Source of the DNA: Dehalococcoides mccartyi
Lineage (GTDB): Bacteria > Chloroflexota > Dehalococcoidia > UBA2979
DNA length: 64,000 nt
Assembly (NCBI GenBank): GCA_945865925.1
Contig: CAMBFG010000006.1
Span: 64,760 to 128,759, forward strand
Reading direction: 5' to 3'
Part shown: one piece after another, positions 18,205 to 28,058 of the stretch
How positions within the stretch are numbered: position 1 is the stretch's first letter
Layout: every line of letters starts with the position of its first letter
Position numbers and translations under genes: made by a program
The notes under the pieces: model-generated
Database searches by the model: none
Told to the model about the DNA's origin: nothing
What the model saw: the letters and a program-made list of their open reading frames with translations, nothing else

Positions 18205-19083
18205 CTAGGAGCGCGCCGCGCGCGCGAGGTCCGCGACCCAGAGGCTGCGGAAGATGTACCACTGCGCCGGGTCGCGCCGGACGAACTGTTCGAGCTGGTG
18301 GAAGACCGCCTGCGTCAGGCCTCGGACGTCAGCGTCCTGGTCGCCGGTTGGGGTGAACGCTACCGGTGCCACCTGCACGGTGACCGAGTCTCCCCAGGGA
18401 TGGATGCGCGGCAAGGCAGCGGCGATCACGGACGATCCGGCCCGCAGCGCGATCCGCGCCGGCCCATCCGGTACCGCGATCCGCTCGCCGAAGAACTCGA
18501 CCTCGATGCCGTCCGAGGGCTCTGGGATATCGATCAGCACCGCGACGACGTCGTTGCCGCGCAGCGCACGCAGGATCCCCGGGCCCATCCGCTCTGCCGC
18601 GATCACCTTCATCCCGAGGTGCTCACGCGAGCCGAGGACGAGGCGGTTCACCGGCCCGTTCTCGAAGGTGTCCGCGATCACGGAGATCGGGAACCCCTTC
18701 TGCGCGAGGATGGCCGCGCCCAGGTCCCAGTTTCCGAAGTGCATCGTGACGAACACGATGCCGTTCCCGCGGCGTTCGGCCTGTAGACCCGCCCAGCCGT
18801 CCCACACCACGCGCCGGTTGACCTCGGTGGCGTCGGTCCGGAGGAAGCGCACGAAGTCCACGAGGTAGACGATGTAGTTCCCGAAGGAGCGTCGCGCCAA
18901 CCGCCGCGCCGCCTTCGCATCCCCGCCTGTCACCCGCAGCATGTTCGCCACACATCGACGCCGCCCGCCGCGCCACGCGAAGTAGGCGAGCAGGCCGACG
19001 CTTCGGGCGACGGCGTATGACAGGCGCAGTGGGATTGCGCGGGTCAGCAGCGCGCCGAACTTGAAGGCGATGTAGGTCAGCAT
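18205..19083 (-). CDS. Lysophospholipid/PIM acyltransferase (PatA/HtrB family), second paralogue
   Basis: HFGNWD, LID, FFG, PDGPARIA, PAQW. Confidence 0.88.
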   Translation of the reverse strand: MLTYIAFKFGALLTRAIPLRLSYAVARSVGLLAYFAWRGGRRRCVANMLRVTGGDAKAARRLARRSFGNYIVYLVDFVRFLRTDATEVNRRVVWDGWAGLQAERRGNGIVFVTMHFGNWDLGAAILAQKGFPISVIADTFENGPVNRLVLGSREHLGMKVIAAERMGPGILRALRGNDVVAVLIDIPEPSDGIEVEFFGERIAVPDGPARIALRAGSSVIAAALPRIHPWGDSVTVQVAPVAFTPTGDQDADVRGLTQAVFHQLEQFVRRDPAQWYIFRSLWVADLARAARS

Positions 19084-19142
19084 GGCGGAAGCGTACCGGC
19101 GGCGAGCGTTGGGCGTCTCCCTCACGCGCGCGTGACACGAGA

Positions 19143-19165
19143 CGAGCCCGCCAATGGCGGGCTCG
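19143..19165. terminator. Stem-loop downstream of ino1
   Basis: CGAGCCCGCC-AAT-GGCGGGCTCG perfect 10-bp stem; no strong U tract. Confidence 0.5.
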
Positions 19166-19196
19166 CTCGGGGTGGGGGGAGAGTCTGTTTGGAGGG

Positions 19197-20270
19197 CTAT
19201 TCGCCCTTGATGAACGCCTCGACGCCGTCGCGGGCGTCCTCATCCAGCATCTGGCGCGGGGGTGACTTCATGAAGTACGCCGCCGCCGGGTACAGCGGGC
19301 CGCCGATGCCACGGTCCAGGCCCAACTTCGCCGCTCGCACCGCGTCGATGACGACACCAGCGGAGTTCGGCGAGTCCCAGACCTCAAGCTTCAGTTCCAC
19401 GTTCAGCGGTACATCCCCGAAGGTCGTGCCCTCGATGCGGATGTGGCACCACTTGCGGTCCTTCAGCCACGGCACGTAGTCCGAAGGCCCCACGTGGACG
19501 TCCGCCGCCGGCAGTTCGTAGGCGATCTGCGAGGTGACCGCAGAGGTCTTCGAGATCTTCTTGGACTCCAGACGTTCCCGCTCCAGCATGTTCATGAAGT
19601 CGGTGTTGCCACCGAAGTTCAACTGGTAGGTGCGGTCGATGCGCACGCCGCGGTCCTGGAACAGCCGGACGAGGTTGCGGTGGATGATGGTCGCGCCGAC
19701 CTGCGACTTGATGTCGTCGCCGATGATCGGCAGGCCCTTCTCCTTGAACCGGTCAGCCCAGTAGGGCTCTTTCGCGATGAACACCGGGATGCAGTTGATG
19801 AAGGCACACCCGGCCTGCAATACCTGCTCGACGTACCACTTCGTCGCCTCTTCCGAGCCGACCGGGAGGTAGTTGATGACGACGTGGGTGTTCGTTTCCT
19901 TCAGGATCTTCACGATGTCCGCGGTCTGGCCGGGCGCCTTCGTGATCACCTGCGAGAGGTACTTGCCGATGCCGTCATGCGTCATCCCGCGCTCGACCTT
20001 GAGGCCGGTCATCGGGACGTCCGTGAACTTCACCGTGTTGTTCTGGCCCGAGAAGATCGCTTCGGAGAGGTCCTTGCCGACCTTCTCGATGTCCACGTCG
20101 AAGGCGGCCGTGAAGTTGATGTCCTTGATGTGGTAGCCGCCGAGCACCGGGTGCATCAGCCCCGGAATCTCGTCGCCCGCCTCTGCGTTCTTGTAGTACT
20201 CGACGCCCTGCACCAGGGATGAGGCGCAGTTTCCGACGCCGATGATCGCGACGTTGATCTTCTCGCTCAT
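19197..20270 (-). CDS. ino1: myo-Inositol-1-phosphate synthase
   Basis: [40 protein letters not shown]. Confidence 0.96.
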   Translation of the reverse strand: MSEKINVAIIGVGNCASSLVQGVEYYKNAEAGDEIPGLMHPVLGGYHIKDINFTAAFDVDIEKVGKDLSEAIFSGQNNTVKFTDVPMTGLKVERGMTHDGIGKYLSQVITKAPGQTADIVKILKETNTHVVINYLPVGSEEATKWYVEQVLQAGCAFINCIPVFIAKEPYWADRFKEKGLPIIGDDIKSQVGATIIHRNLVRLFQDRGVRIDRTYQLNFGGNTDFMNMLERERLESKKISKTSAVTSQIAYELPAADVHVGPSDYVPWLKDRKWCHIRIEGTTFGDVPLNVELKLEVWDSPNSAGVVIDAVRAAKLGLDRGIGGPLYPAAAYFMKSPPRQMLDEDARDGVEAFIKGE

Positions 20271-20376
20271 GAGTTGGGCCTTTCGTGCCGGAGCGCCCGA
20301 GGAGGGGCGGTGAGGCTTACGGAGTCCAGCGTGCACCTTCGGACATCCATCCGTCCAGTCGAAAGATACGATATGA

Positions 20377-20398
20377 TTCATAAGTAAGACAGATGGAA
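20377..20398. promoter_or_regulatory. Probable LysR-type operator (T-N11-A)
   Basis: ttCAT-N11-ATGgaa dyad in an AT-rich patch between divergent ino1 and the LysR gene. Confidence 0.55.
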
Positions 20399-20402
20399 CG
20401 CA

Positions 20403-21290
20403 ATGGAAGAAGACGCCCTCCCGCTCAACCTCCACCTCCACCACCTCGCTTATCTGCGCGAGGTGGAGCGGAGCGGCACGTTTACCGCCGCTGCCCGTCG
20501 CCTGCACATTTCCCAGTCCGCGCTCTCTCAGGCCCTCGCCGAATTCGAGCGGCGCCTGGGTGTCCCGCTGTTCGAGCGCGACGGTCGCCGCCGCTCACTG
20601 ACCGAGGCGGGCCGAGAGGCTGCGCGCTTCGCCTCGGAAGTGCTCGGCAGGGCGACCGAGCTGCGCGCCTGGGCGGATGCCAGGCGCGCGGGCGGCGGCG
20701 GCTCGCTCGCGGTCGGGATGATCGATGCCGCCTCGCTGTACGTCCTGCCGTCGGCGGTGAGCGCGTTCCGGGCGTCGCATCCCGGTGTCGCGTTGCGTGT
20801 TGTCGTCGATACGACCGAGGCGCTACTGGAGCGTCTGCTTCGCTTCGAGATCGACCTCGCGGTCGTCGTCGGCCCCGTCGCCCCTGGCTTCGAAACGGTC
20901 GAGGTCGCACGTGAGCCGCTGCGGCTGTACGGGCCTCCCGGCCAGACGGCGCCCGGCCCGGAAGCCGAATGGATCCTCTACCCCGCTGGCTCACACACCC
21001 GCGCGGTGATCGATGCGGCACTCGCGGCGCAGCGCATCGTGCCCCGGGTCACGCTGGAGTCCAGCAACCCGCAGGTGCTCCGTCAGCTGGTTGTCCTCGG
21101 CTTTGGGTGGAGCGTGCTGCCAGAGCGGGTCGCGGAGGACGGGCCGTCACCACTGAGGCCGTCAGGGGACGTGCTGGGCGAACGGACACTGCTTGGGGTG
21201 AGGCGGCCAGGAGCGCCGCCGGATGCGCGTGCGGAGGCATTCCTCGCACTCGCGGTTGCGGCCGGATCGGCCGCGCGTGAAGGCGCCTAG
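20403..21290 (+). CDS. LysR-family transcriptional regulator
   Basis: [31 protein letters not shown] plus substrate-binding domain. Confidence 0.95.
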   Translation: MEEDALPLNLHLHHLAYLREVERSGTFTAAARRLHISQSALSQALAEFERRLGVPLFERDGRRRSLTEAGREAARFASEVLGRATELRAWADARRAGGGGSLAVGMIDAASLYVLPSAVSAFRASHPGVALRVVVDTTEALLERLLRFEIDLAVVVGPVAPGFETVEVAREPLRLYGPPGQTAPGPEAEWILYPAGSHTRAVIDAALAAQRIVPRVTLESSNPQVLRQLVVLGFGWSVLPERVAEDGPSPLRPSGDVLGERTLLGVRRPGAPPDARAEAFLALAVAAGSAAREGA

Positions 21291-21433
21291 ACCGGCGCCT
21301 TCACGAGTTTGGACATCCGCGTGCCGCAGACCCCACACGGTGCCTGCATCGCGGTCTTGCCGTTCTTGAGGGTCACCTGCTGAGGTGCCTCAAGGTCCCG
21401 CATCGCGCGGCATTTCAGGCAATATGCCTGCAT
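21287..21433 (-). CDS. Small zinc-ribbon protein (DUF5679-like)
   Basis: MQAYCLKCR...LKNGK...CGVCGTRM; strong AAGGAGGT SD. Confidence 0.85.
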   Translation of the reverse strand: MQAYCLKCRAMRDLEAPQQVTLKNGKTAMQAPCGVCGTRMSKLVKAPV

Positions 21434-21522
21434 CGGGCCCACCTCCTTGTGGCGTTGAGGTTCCGATTGCCCGGTAAGTACGCTTCCCGCCCGCCGCCTG
21501 TCAACAGACTCGGGTAAGCGGG

Positions 21523-22464
21523 CTACGGAGTGGTAGGAGCGACGACGGCCGGTTCCGGGGGGAAGACGCGGTACGGGTGCCACGCCCCCAGGACGTTCGA
21601 GGGCTCCAGCAGCGCGAGCAGTACCCCGTCCGGTCCGTACGCCCGCACCCGGCGCTGGCCTTCGATCGCGACATAACCGTTCATCGCGAGCGACGCGTCG
21701 AGGCCCTGGCGGACTCGGGCGGTCTGTTCGCCCGTCAGGGTGACAGCGGGCCAGTCACCGATCACGGCGTCCGGTGGCAGCAAGAGCGAGGCGCCCTCTC
21801 CGGCATCGAGGCGGGCCACCGCCTCGTCCAGCGGGATCGCCTCGTCGGCTACGAACGGGCCCACCTGCGTGCGCCGGAGGCCGGACAGATGCGCGCCGGT
21901 GCCCAGCAGCGCACCGAGGTCGTGCGCAAGCGATCGGACGTAGAACCCTTTGCCACAGCGGACATCGAGGTGCAGGACGGGCCGGTCTGCCTCGGAGCGG
22001 TCGAGCCCCAGCACGTCGAGGGCGTACACGATGACCGGTCGCGCATCGAGGGTGAGCGGGTCGCCGCGTCGCGCCGCGCGGTAGGCGGGGACGCCGGCCC
22101 GCTTCACGGCGGAGTACGCCGGCGGCACCTGCATCTGCTCGCCTACGAAGCCCTCGAGCGCCGCGCGCAGCCGCACCTCGTCGAGCCCGGTGGCGTCGTG
22201 GACTTCGACGGTCTCGCCTTCGATGTCGTAGGTGTCGGTCTCGATGCCGAAGCGGATCTCAGCGGTATAGCGCTTGCGTGCACCGACGAGTTCGTCCACG
22301 AGCCGCGTGGCCTCGCCGATCGCGATCGGCAAGACGCCGGTGGCGTTGGGGTCCAGGGTGCCGGCATGCCCCACCTTCTTGGTGCGGGCCGCGCGACGGA
22401 TGCGGCGCACGACCTCGAACGAGGTGATGCCGCGAGGTTTGTCGACGTTGATGAAGCCGCGCAT
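21523..22464 (-). CDS. truB: tRNA pseudouridine-55 synthase
   Basis: DKPRG, GHAGTLDP, PPAYSA, GFYVRSL, LRRT. Confidence 0.96.
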   Translation of the reverse strand: MRGFINVDKPRGITSFEVVRRIRRAARTKKVGHAGTLDPNATGVLPIAIGEATRLVDELVGARKRYTAEIRFGIETDTYDIEGETVEVHDATGLDEVRLRAALEGFVGEQMQVPPAYSAVKRAGVPAYRAARRGDPLTLDARPVIVYALDVLGLDRSEADRPVLHLDVRCGKGFYVRSLAHDLGALLGTGAHLSGLRRTQVGPFVADEAIPLDEAVARLDAGEGASLLLPPDAVIGDWPAVTLTGEQTARVRQGLDASLAMNGYVAIEGQRRVRAYGPDGVLLALLEPSNVLGAWHPYRVFPPEPAVVAPTTP

Positions 22465-22477
22465 CCGAGTCCGTCCG

Positions 22478-22849
22478 TTACGGCGTAGGCAGGTCACGCC
22501 CGTCGGCCTGGGCGACATCGCGCAGCAGGGTGGTGATCCGGTCCGCCTCGGCCATCGAGCCGTCGCGCGTGAAGTGCAGCCGAGGTACCCGGCGGATGTG
22601 CAGTTGCTTGCCGAGTTCGCGGTGCAGGAACGGCTCGACGCGTTCGAGCGCGTTCATCGCGGCAGCCGTCTGCTCCTCGTCGCCGAGGACGGACACACCG
22701 ACCCGCGCGTGGGCGAGGTCAGGGGTGACCTCCACCGCGGTGAACGAGAGGATCACGCCCTGCAGGTCCGGATGCTTCACGCGGCGGTTGACCAGGTCGG
22801 CGATGACCACCTGAATGATGTCCCCGACCTTCTCAGTACGACGGGTCAG
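22478..22849 (-). CDS. rbfA: Ribosome-binding factor A (probable CTG start overlapping the infB stop)
   Basis: TRRTEKV..I, VEVTPDL, RRVPRLHF..D.S; CTGA overlap with GGAG 8 nt upstream. Confidence 0.9.
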   Translation of the reverse strand: MTRRTEKVGDIIQVVIADLVNRRVKHPDLQGVILSFTAVEVTPDLAHARVGVSVLGDEEQTAAAMNALERVEPFLHRELGKQLHIRRVPRLHFTRDGSMAEADRITTLLRDVAQADGRDLPTP

Positions 22850-24630
22850 CGGACCTGCTCCAGGTGGTACGTCACGATCTCGTCGCCTTCCTCGAACGAG
22901 TCGAAGTTCGAGACGACGATGCCACATTCGAGGCCGGCCGCGACGTCGCGGGCGTCATCACTGATGCGCTTCAGCGACTCGATGGTGCCCTCGTGCAGCA
23001 CTTCGCCCTTGCGGCGGACGCGACAGCGTGCGCCACGGACGGCAGTGCCCTCTCGCACGTAGGAACCGGCGATGGCGTTGCGACGGCTGACGCGGAAGAT
23101 CTGGCGCACTTCGATGGTGGCGTCCTGGCGCTCCTCGAAGATCGGCTCCAGCAGGCCCTGAACGGCCTTCTCCACGTCCGCGATGATGTCGTAGATGATC
23201 CGGTACTCGCGTACCTCGATCTTCTCGGCGTCCGCCAGGCGGCGAGCGCTCGGCTCGACACCCGAGTTGAACGCGATGATCACGGCCTTCGCCGCGACCG
23301 AGAGCTGGACGTCCGACTCCGTGACGGAGCCGACGGCAGCGTGGATCACGCGCACGCGCACATCCGGCAGCGTGAGGTCTTCCAGCGTCTTCACCAGCGG
23401 TTCGACTGAACCGTGGACGTCTGCCTTCAACACGAGGTTGAAGTCGGTGATCGAGCCCTTGCGGATCTCACCGAACAGCGAGTCCAACGTGACGGCTGCG
23501 CGCTCCTCGAGGCCGGCGAGGCGGCGGCGCTTGTGCTCCTCCACCTCAGCGCGGGCGATCTTCTCGTCCTTGCGGATCTCGAAGCGCTCCCCGGAGGCCG
23601 GGACGTCGTCCAGGCCCAGCACCTCGACGGGTGTCGAGGGGCCGGCGATCTTCAGTTTCTCGCCATCCGCGGCGGTCATTGCCTTCACGCGGCCGACGGA
23701 CATCCCGGCGATCACGGTGTCGCCGACGGTCAGCGTGCCCGTCTGCACGAGCAGCGTGGCCACGACACCTCGGTGCCGGTCCGTCTTCGCCTCGAGCACG
23801 ACGCCACGGGCGGGCTGGTCGACACGCGCGGTCAGCGTCTGCATGTCCGCGACCAGCAGGACGTTCTCCAGGAGTTCGTCGATGCCCTCGCCCTTGATCG
23901 CGGAGGTGGGGACGACGATCTGGTCGCCACCGTATTCCTCCGGCACCAGACCGAGCTCCATCAACTGCTGCTTGGCACGGTCAGGGTTGGCGTTGTTTGC
24001 GTCGATCTTGTTCAGCGCGATCACCAGCGGGACGCCAGCCGCGCGCACGTGGTCGATCGCCTCGCGCGTCTGCTGCATCACGCCGTCGTCCGCCGCCACG
24101 ACCACGATCGCGACGTCAGTGACGCGAGCGCCGCGCGCCCGCATCTGCGAGAACGCCTCGTGGCCCGGGGTGTCGATGAAGGTGAGGAGCCGGCCGTCCG
24201 GTGCCGTCGCCTGGTAGGCGCCGATGTGCTGGGTGATGCCACCGGCTTCGCCTGCGGCGACGTTCGCGCGGCGGATGCGGTCCAGCAGCGTGGTCTTGCC
24301 GTGGTCGACGTGGCCCAGGACGGTGATCACGGGCGGACGCGTCACGAGTCCTTCGCCCTCGTCCACGATGCGGAGCGAGGTGCTGGGCACCTCTGCCTGG
24401 TCCTCGGTGTCGGCCGTCTCGGTGTCTGCCGGAGCGTCTTCCTCGAGTGCGAAGCCCATGTCGGTCGCGACGATCGCGGCGGTGTCGAAGTCCACGACCT
24501 GGTTGATCGTGGCCATGACGCCGTTCTTCATCAGTTCTTTGATCACATCGACGGGCGTCACACCGAGCAATGCGGCAAGGTCCGCAACGACGATTGCGTT
24601 GGGGATCTTTACGACCTGTTGGTTCGTCAT
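22846..24630 (-). CDS. infB: Translation initiation factor IF-2 (short form, 594 aa)
   Basis: [33 protein letters not shown]. Confidence 0.97.
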   Translation of the reverse strand: MTNQQVVKIPNAIVVADLAALLGVTPVDVIKELMKNGVMATINQVVDFDTAAIVATDMGFALEEDAPADTETADTEDQAEVPSTSLRIVDEGEGLVTRPPVITVLGHVDHGKTTLLDRIRRANVAAGEAGGITQHIGAYQATAPDGRLLTFIDTPGHEAFSQMRARGARVTDVAIVVVAADDGVMQQTREAIDHVRAAGVPLVIALNKIDANNANPDRAKQQLMELGLVPEEYGGDQIVVPTSAIKGEGIDELLENVLLVADMQTLTARVDQPARGVVLEAKTDRHRGVVATLLVQTGTLTVGDTVIAGMSVGRVKAMTAADGEKLKIAGPSTPVEVLGLDDVPASGERFEIRKDEKIARAEVEEHKRRRLAGLEERAAVTLDSLFGEIRKGSITDFNLVLKADVHGSVEPLVKTLEDLTLPDVRVRVIHAAVGSVTESDVQLSVAAKAVIIAFNSGVEPSARRLADAEKIEVREYRIIYDIIADVEKAVQGLLEPIFEERQDATIEVRQIFRVSRRNAIAGSYVREGTAVRGARCRVRRKGEVLHEGTIESLKRISDDARDVAAGLECGIVVSNFDSFEEGDEIVTYHLEQVR

Positions 24631-24935
24631 ACGCGTGCCTCGATGTCTCCGTCTGTGTGTCCGTCCGCCTGGGGGGCGGTGAATCGTCCTGCATAGGCGC
24701 GGAGCGCCTCACGGTCAGCCTCGTCCAGTGTCACCCGGAGGGAGCCCTGGAGCGCCCCGGCGATGCCGCGCTGCCAGCAGGCTGCCGAGGGGTGCAGGTA
24801 CGCACCCCGGCCGGGTGCCTTCCCGCGCTCGTCCACCTCGACGTGGCCCTCCACCGTCCGTACGACCCGGACGAAGGAGGACTGGTCACCCTCCTGGCGG
24901 CACGCCACGCAGGTGCGTTGCGGCCGAGGCCGAAT
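24627..24935 (-). CDS. ylxR: YlxR/RnpM family RNA-binding protein (start uncertain, possibly ATT)
   Basis: [14 protein letters not shown]; canonical position between nusA and infB. Confidence 0.85.
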   Translation of the reverse strand: MRPRPQRTCVACRQEGDQSSFVRVVRTVEGHVEVDERGKAPGRGAYLHPSAACWQRGIAGALQGSLRVTLDEADREALRAYAGRFTAPQADGHTDGDIEARV

Positions 24936-24957
24936 GCGGCCTCCTGCTGCCGGATGG

Positions 24958-26595
24958 CTACTCGTCGTCCTCGTCCTCGTCCTCAATCAAGTCGTCGCCG
25001 TGCAGCGCCGCCTCGATCTCTTCCTCGTCGAAGTCGTCCAGCACGCGTCGACCGCTACCGCCGGCACCGCGCTGCGGCGGCTGCGGGCGAGTGCTGCGGA
25101 CGGGCGCCACCGGGCCACCTCGGCTACCACGGTTGCCGCGACCACCGCGGCCTGCGGCCGCGCCACGACGGCGCTCTTCCTCTTCCTCGTCCACGACCAG
25201 GTCGCGGATGTCCTCGCCGAAGCGGAGGCCACCGGGTTGGGCGGGGGTACGAGGTCGGACGGGGGCGGGCGCAGCCACCTCGGCGGCGGGGGCAACCGTC
25301 TCCGGCTCCTCCTCCACGAACTCCGCCATGACCTCCTGCTCGGGGGTGAGGCGGATCTCCTCGTCCTGACGCACGGCCGGACGCGGGGGACGCTCGCCGG
25401 GCAGGCCCGGCCGCGTGTAGAGCGCCTGCGAGGGCGCGATGGCGTCCGGGGACGGCGCAGCGGTCGCGGTGGCGGCGGGGCCGCGGCCCGGGACCGGGAG
25501 CGCCTCCATGTTCGGCTCGGGCGGCGGGAACAGGTCCTCACCGGCCGCGATGATGGCGGACTCGCCTCGGATGTCGATGCGGCGGCCCGTGAGTTGCGCG
25601 GCCAGGCGGGCGTTCTGCCCTTCCTTGCCGATCGCGAGGCTCAACTGCTTGTCCGGCACCGCGAGGTACGCGGTGTTCGTGTCGCGGTCGATGCGGATCG
25701 AGACGACTTCCGCCGGAGACAACGAGTTCGCGACGAACGCTTCCTCGACCGGGTCCCAGCGGACGACATCGATGCGCTCGCCGCCGAGTTCGTTCACGAT
25801 GTTCTGGATGCGCGAGCCGCGCACGCCGACGCACGCGCCGATCGGGTCAATGCCGTGCTGGCGCGAGATGACGGCGATCTTCGTGCGGTGGCCACCGTCA
25901 CGGGCGATCCCCATGACCTCGACGACGCCCCGCGCGATCTCCGGCACTTCGAGTTCGAACAGGCGCTTGACCAGCGCCGGGTTCGAGCGGGAGACCACGA
26001 CCTGCGGGCCCTTCGAGGCTTTGTAGACTTCCTTCACGAATACGCGGAGCCGCTGCCCCACGCGGTAGTGCTCGGAACGCACCTGCTCCGCTGCCGGCAG
26101 CACTGCCTCCGTCCGGCCGAGGTCGAGGATCACCTGGCGGCGTCCACCCTCAACTCGGAGCACCGTGCCGGAGACGAGTTCGCCCTCTTTGCCGGTGAAG
26201 TCCTCGAAGACGGACTCGCGCTCAGCCTCGCGCAGCCGCTGGAGCACAACCTGCTTCAGGGTCTGAGCGGCGATGCGTCCCGCCGGGGCGGCGGCGACCT
26301 CTTCCTTGATGACGTCTCCGGCGTGCTTGCCGGGGTACCCCATCGTGGAGGCGCGCTCGGGCGACACCTGAAGTTCGTCATCCTCGATGTCATCGTCCGG
26401 GGTCACCGTGTAGAGGCGCCACGCGTCGATGTCGCCGGAGTCCCGGTTGATTTTGACCTCGACCTCCGCGTACTGGAGGTCGTCCTTCTTCAGGGCAGAG
26501 GACATGGCCGCTTCGACAGCCGCGAAGACGGTATCGGAGTCCAGATTCTTCTCTGCCGAGAGCTGAGCGATGGCGAGGACGAATTCGTTTTTCAT
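24958..26595 (-). CDS. nusA: Transcription factor NusA with long low-complexity C-terminal tail
   Basis: GRIAAQT.KQ, S1 and KH domains, LSLAIGKEGQNARLA. Confidence 0.97.
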   Translation of the reverse strand: MKNEFVLAIAQLSAEKNLDSDTVFAAVEAAMSSALKKDDLQYAEVEVKINRDSGDIDAWRLYTVTPDDDIEDDELQVSPERASTMGYPGKHAGDVIKEEVAAAPAGRIAAQTLKQVVLQRLREAERESVFEDFTGKEGELVSGTVLRVEGGRRQVILDLGRTEAVLPAAEQVRSEHYRVGQRLRVFVKEVYKASKGPQVVVSRSNPALVKRLFELEVPEIARGVVEVMGIARDGGHRTKIAVISRQHGIDPIGACVGVRGSRIQNIVNELGGERIDVVRWDPVEEAFVANSLSPAEVVSIRIDRDTNTAYLAVPDKQLSLAIGKEGQNARLAAQLTGRRIDIRGESAIIAAGEDLFPPPEPNMEALPVPGRGPAATATAAPSPDAIAPSQALYTRPGLPGERPPRPAVRQDEEIRLTPEQEVMAEFVEEEPETVAPAAEVAAPAPVRPRTPAQPGGLRFGEDIRDLVVDEEEEERRRGAAAGRGGRGNRGSRGGPVAPVRSTRPQPPQRGAGGSGRRVLDDFDEEEIEAALHGDDLIEDEDEDDE

Positions 26596-26634
26596 GGTCC
26601 ACCTGGGCCAGCCGGGGAATGGGGCGTTGCCAAC

Positions 26635-26659
26635 AAAAAACGTGGGCTCAAGCCCACGT
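26635..26659 (-). terminator. rimP-leader-type attenuator/terminator upstream of nusA
   Basis: Minus strand CGTGGGC-TTGA-GCCCACG followed by TTTTTT; extended -10 TGGTAGGAT at 26684-26692. Confidence 0.75.
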
Positions 26660-26851
26660 CTCGGAAGGAGGCGTCGCCCGACCATCCTACCACCCCGATT
26701 TCGCCAATCACAAGGCGCATCAGGCGCGCCCCACCCCCTTCAGTCTGGGCTCGGCTGGTCGAGAATCACGAGGACAGACCACGTCCGCGCTCTGCGCGGA
26801 TACCACCGCCGAGTAGTGCCGCCGAGATTTGGGCGCAGACGGGAGCCGGAA

Positions 26852-28051
26852 GTGCGCCGCCTCGCCATCACCCACCGCGCCGCCGCCGGTGCTCCGCTCG
26901 CCCGCGATGTCGTGGGACGCAGCGGCGAGGTGCTCGCGCGCGCTGGCCACGTCCTGTCAGTCCGCGTCGTCCGCGCCCTCCAGCAGCGAGGCGTCACCAC
27001 CGTGTACGTCGACGATCTCGCCAGCGTCGGGATCTTGCTCACCTCCATCGTCCCCCACCCCGCGGCAGACACCCTCCAGCAACTGATGTCCGAATTGGCC
27101 TCGCGCCTGCAGGTGTCCGTCGAGTCGCTCGCCAGCCAGCCGACCCCCAGGATCGTCGAGGCCCTGCGCAACGGCACGTCGCCAGTCGCCGCAGTGCGCG
27201 TCACCGCGCTGCTCGCTGACATCCGCGCCGGGGCGGCCGCCCTCGCACGCGCGTGCGCCGAGGCTGATGGTGCCTCGGGCTACCTCACGGACCGCCAACC
27301 GGACGACGACCTCGTGGGGCACTCGGTCCAGGTGGCGGCGCTCACGGCGCGGATCGGCGCCGCCGTCGGGCTCGCGGACGACGACCTCGCCGCCGTGACC
27401 TACGCGGCGCTGCTGCACGACCTCGGCCTGATCTTCGTCCCGGCGGAGATCCGAGGTGCTCCCGAGCGCTGGAGCATTCCGCAGCGGATGCGGTTCGAGG
27501 ATCACACCGTCCTTGGTGAGGCGTTGCTGACCGTGCTCGCCCGCAGCCACGCGATCGTGCCCATCGTCGCCGCCGAGCACCACGAGGCGCAGGACGGCAG
27601 CGGCTTCCCGCGCGCGCTCCTCGGGGCCAACCGGGTCTTCCGTGTCGCCGACCGCAAGCGCGAAGCCCGACCGATCGCCCTCGCATCCGAGGTGGTCGCG
27701 GTCGCTGACCGCTACGAACGGCTGGTCTCGCCCGCGCCCTCCCGTGCGGGATTGTCGCCGGCCGAGGCGCGCTACGAACTGTCCTCGGAGGCTGGTACCA
27801 AACTCAACGCGGAGATCGTCGCGCGGTTTCTCGACACGTTCCCCGCGCTGCCCCTCGGTACGGAAGTTCGCGTCGTGGGCGGAGAGCACGATGGCTCACG
27901 CGCCATCGTCAGCCAGCCCGGCCGTGACACGCGCTCACGCCCCGTCGTGCGGGTGTACGCCGACCGGATGGGCTCTACGCACACACCGGTCGAGGTGAAC
28001 CTCGACATCTACCGGGACGTGAACGTGTTGCTGGACGAGCGCGCGGCCTAG
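26852..28051 (+). CDS. HD-GYP domain protein (c-di-GMP phosphodiesterase-like)
   Basis: HS..V, LLHDLG, HHE..DGSGFP, AVAD.Y; start uncertain. Confidence 0.85.
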   Translation: MRRLAITHRAAAGAPLARDVVGRSGEVLARAGHVLSVRVVRALQQRGVTTVYVDDLASVGILLTSIVPHPAADTLQQLMSELASRLQVSVESLASQPTPRIVEALRNGTSPVAAVRVTALLADIRAGAAALARACAEADGASGYLTDRQPDDDLVGHSVQVAALTARIGAAVGLADDDLAAVTYAALLHDLGLIFVPAEIRGAPERWSIPQRMRFEDHTVLGEALLTVLARSHAIVPIVAAEHHEAQDGSGFPRALLGANRVFRVADRKREARPIALASEVVAVADRYERLVSPAPSRAGLSPAEARYELSSEAGTKLNAEIVARFLDTFPALPLGTEVRVVGGEHDGSRAIVSQPGRDTRSRPVVRVYADRMGSTHTPVEVNLDIYRDVNVLLDERAA

Positions 28052-28058
28052 GCGGGCC

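Noticed and set aside
24763..27219. 818-aa plus-strand ORF and many other long antisense ORFs in the track
   Set aside because: Shadow frames of GC-rich coding genes on the opposite strand, with no family motifs
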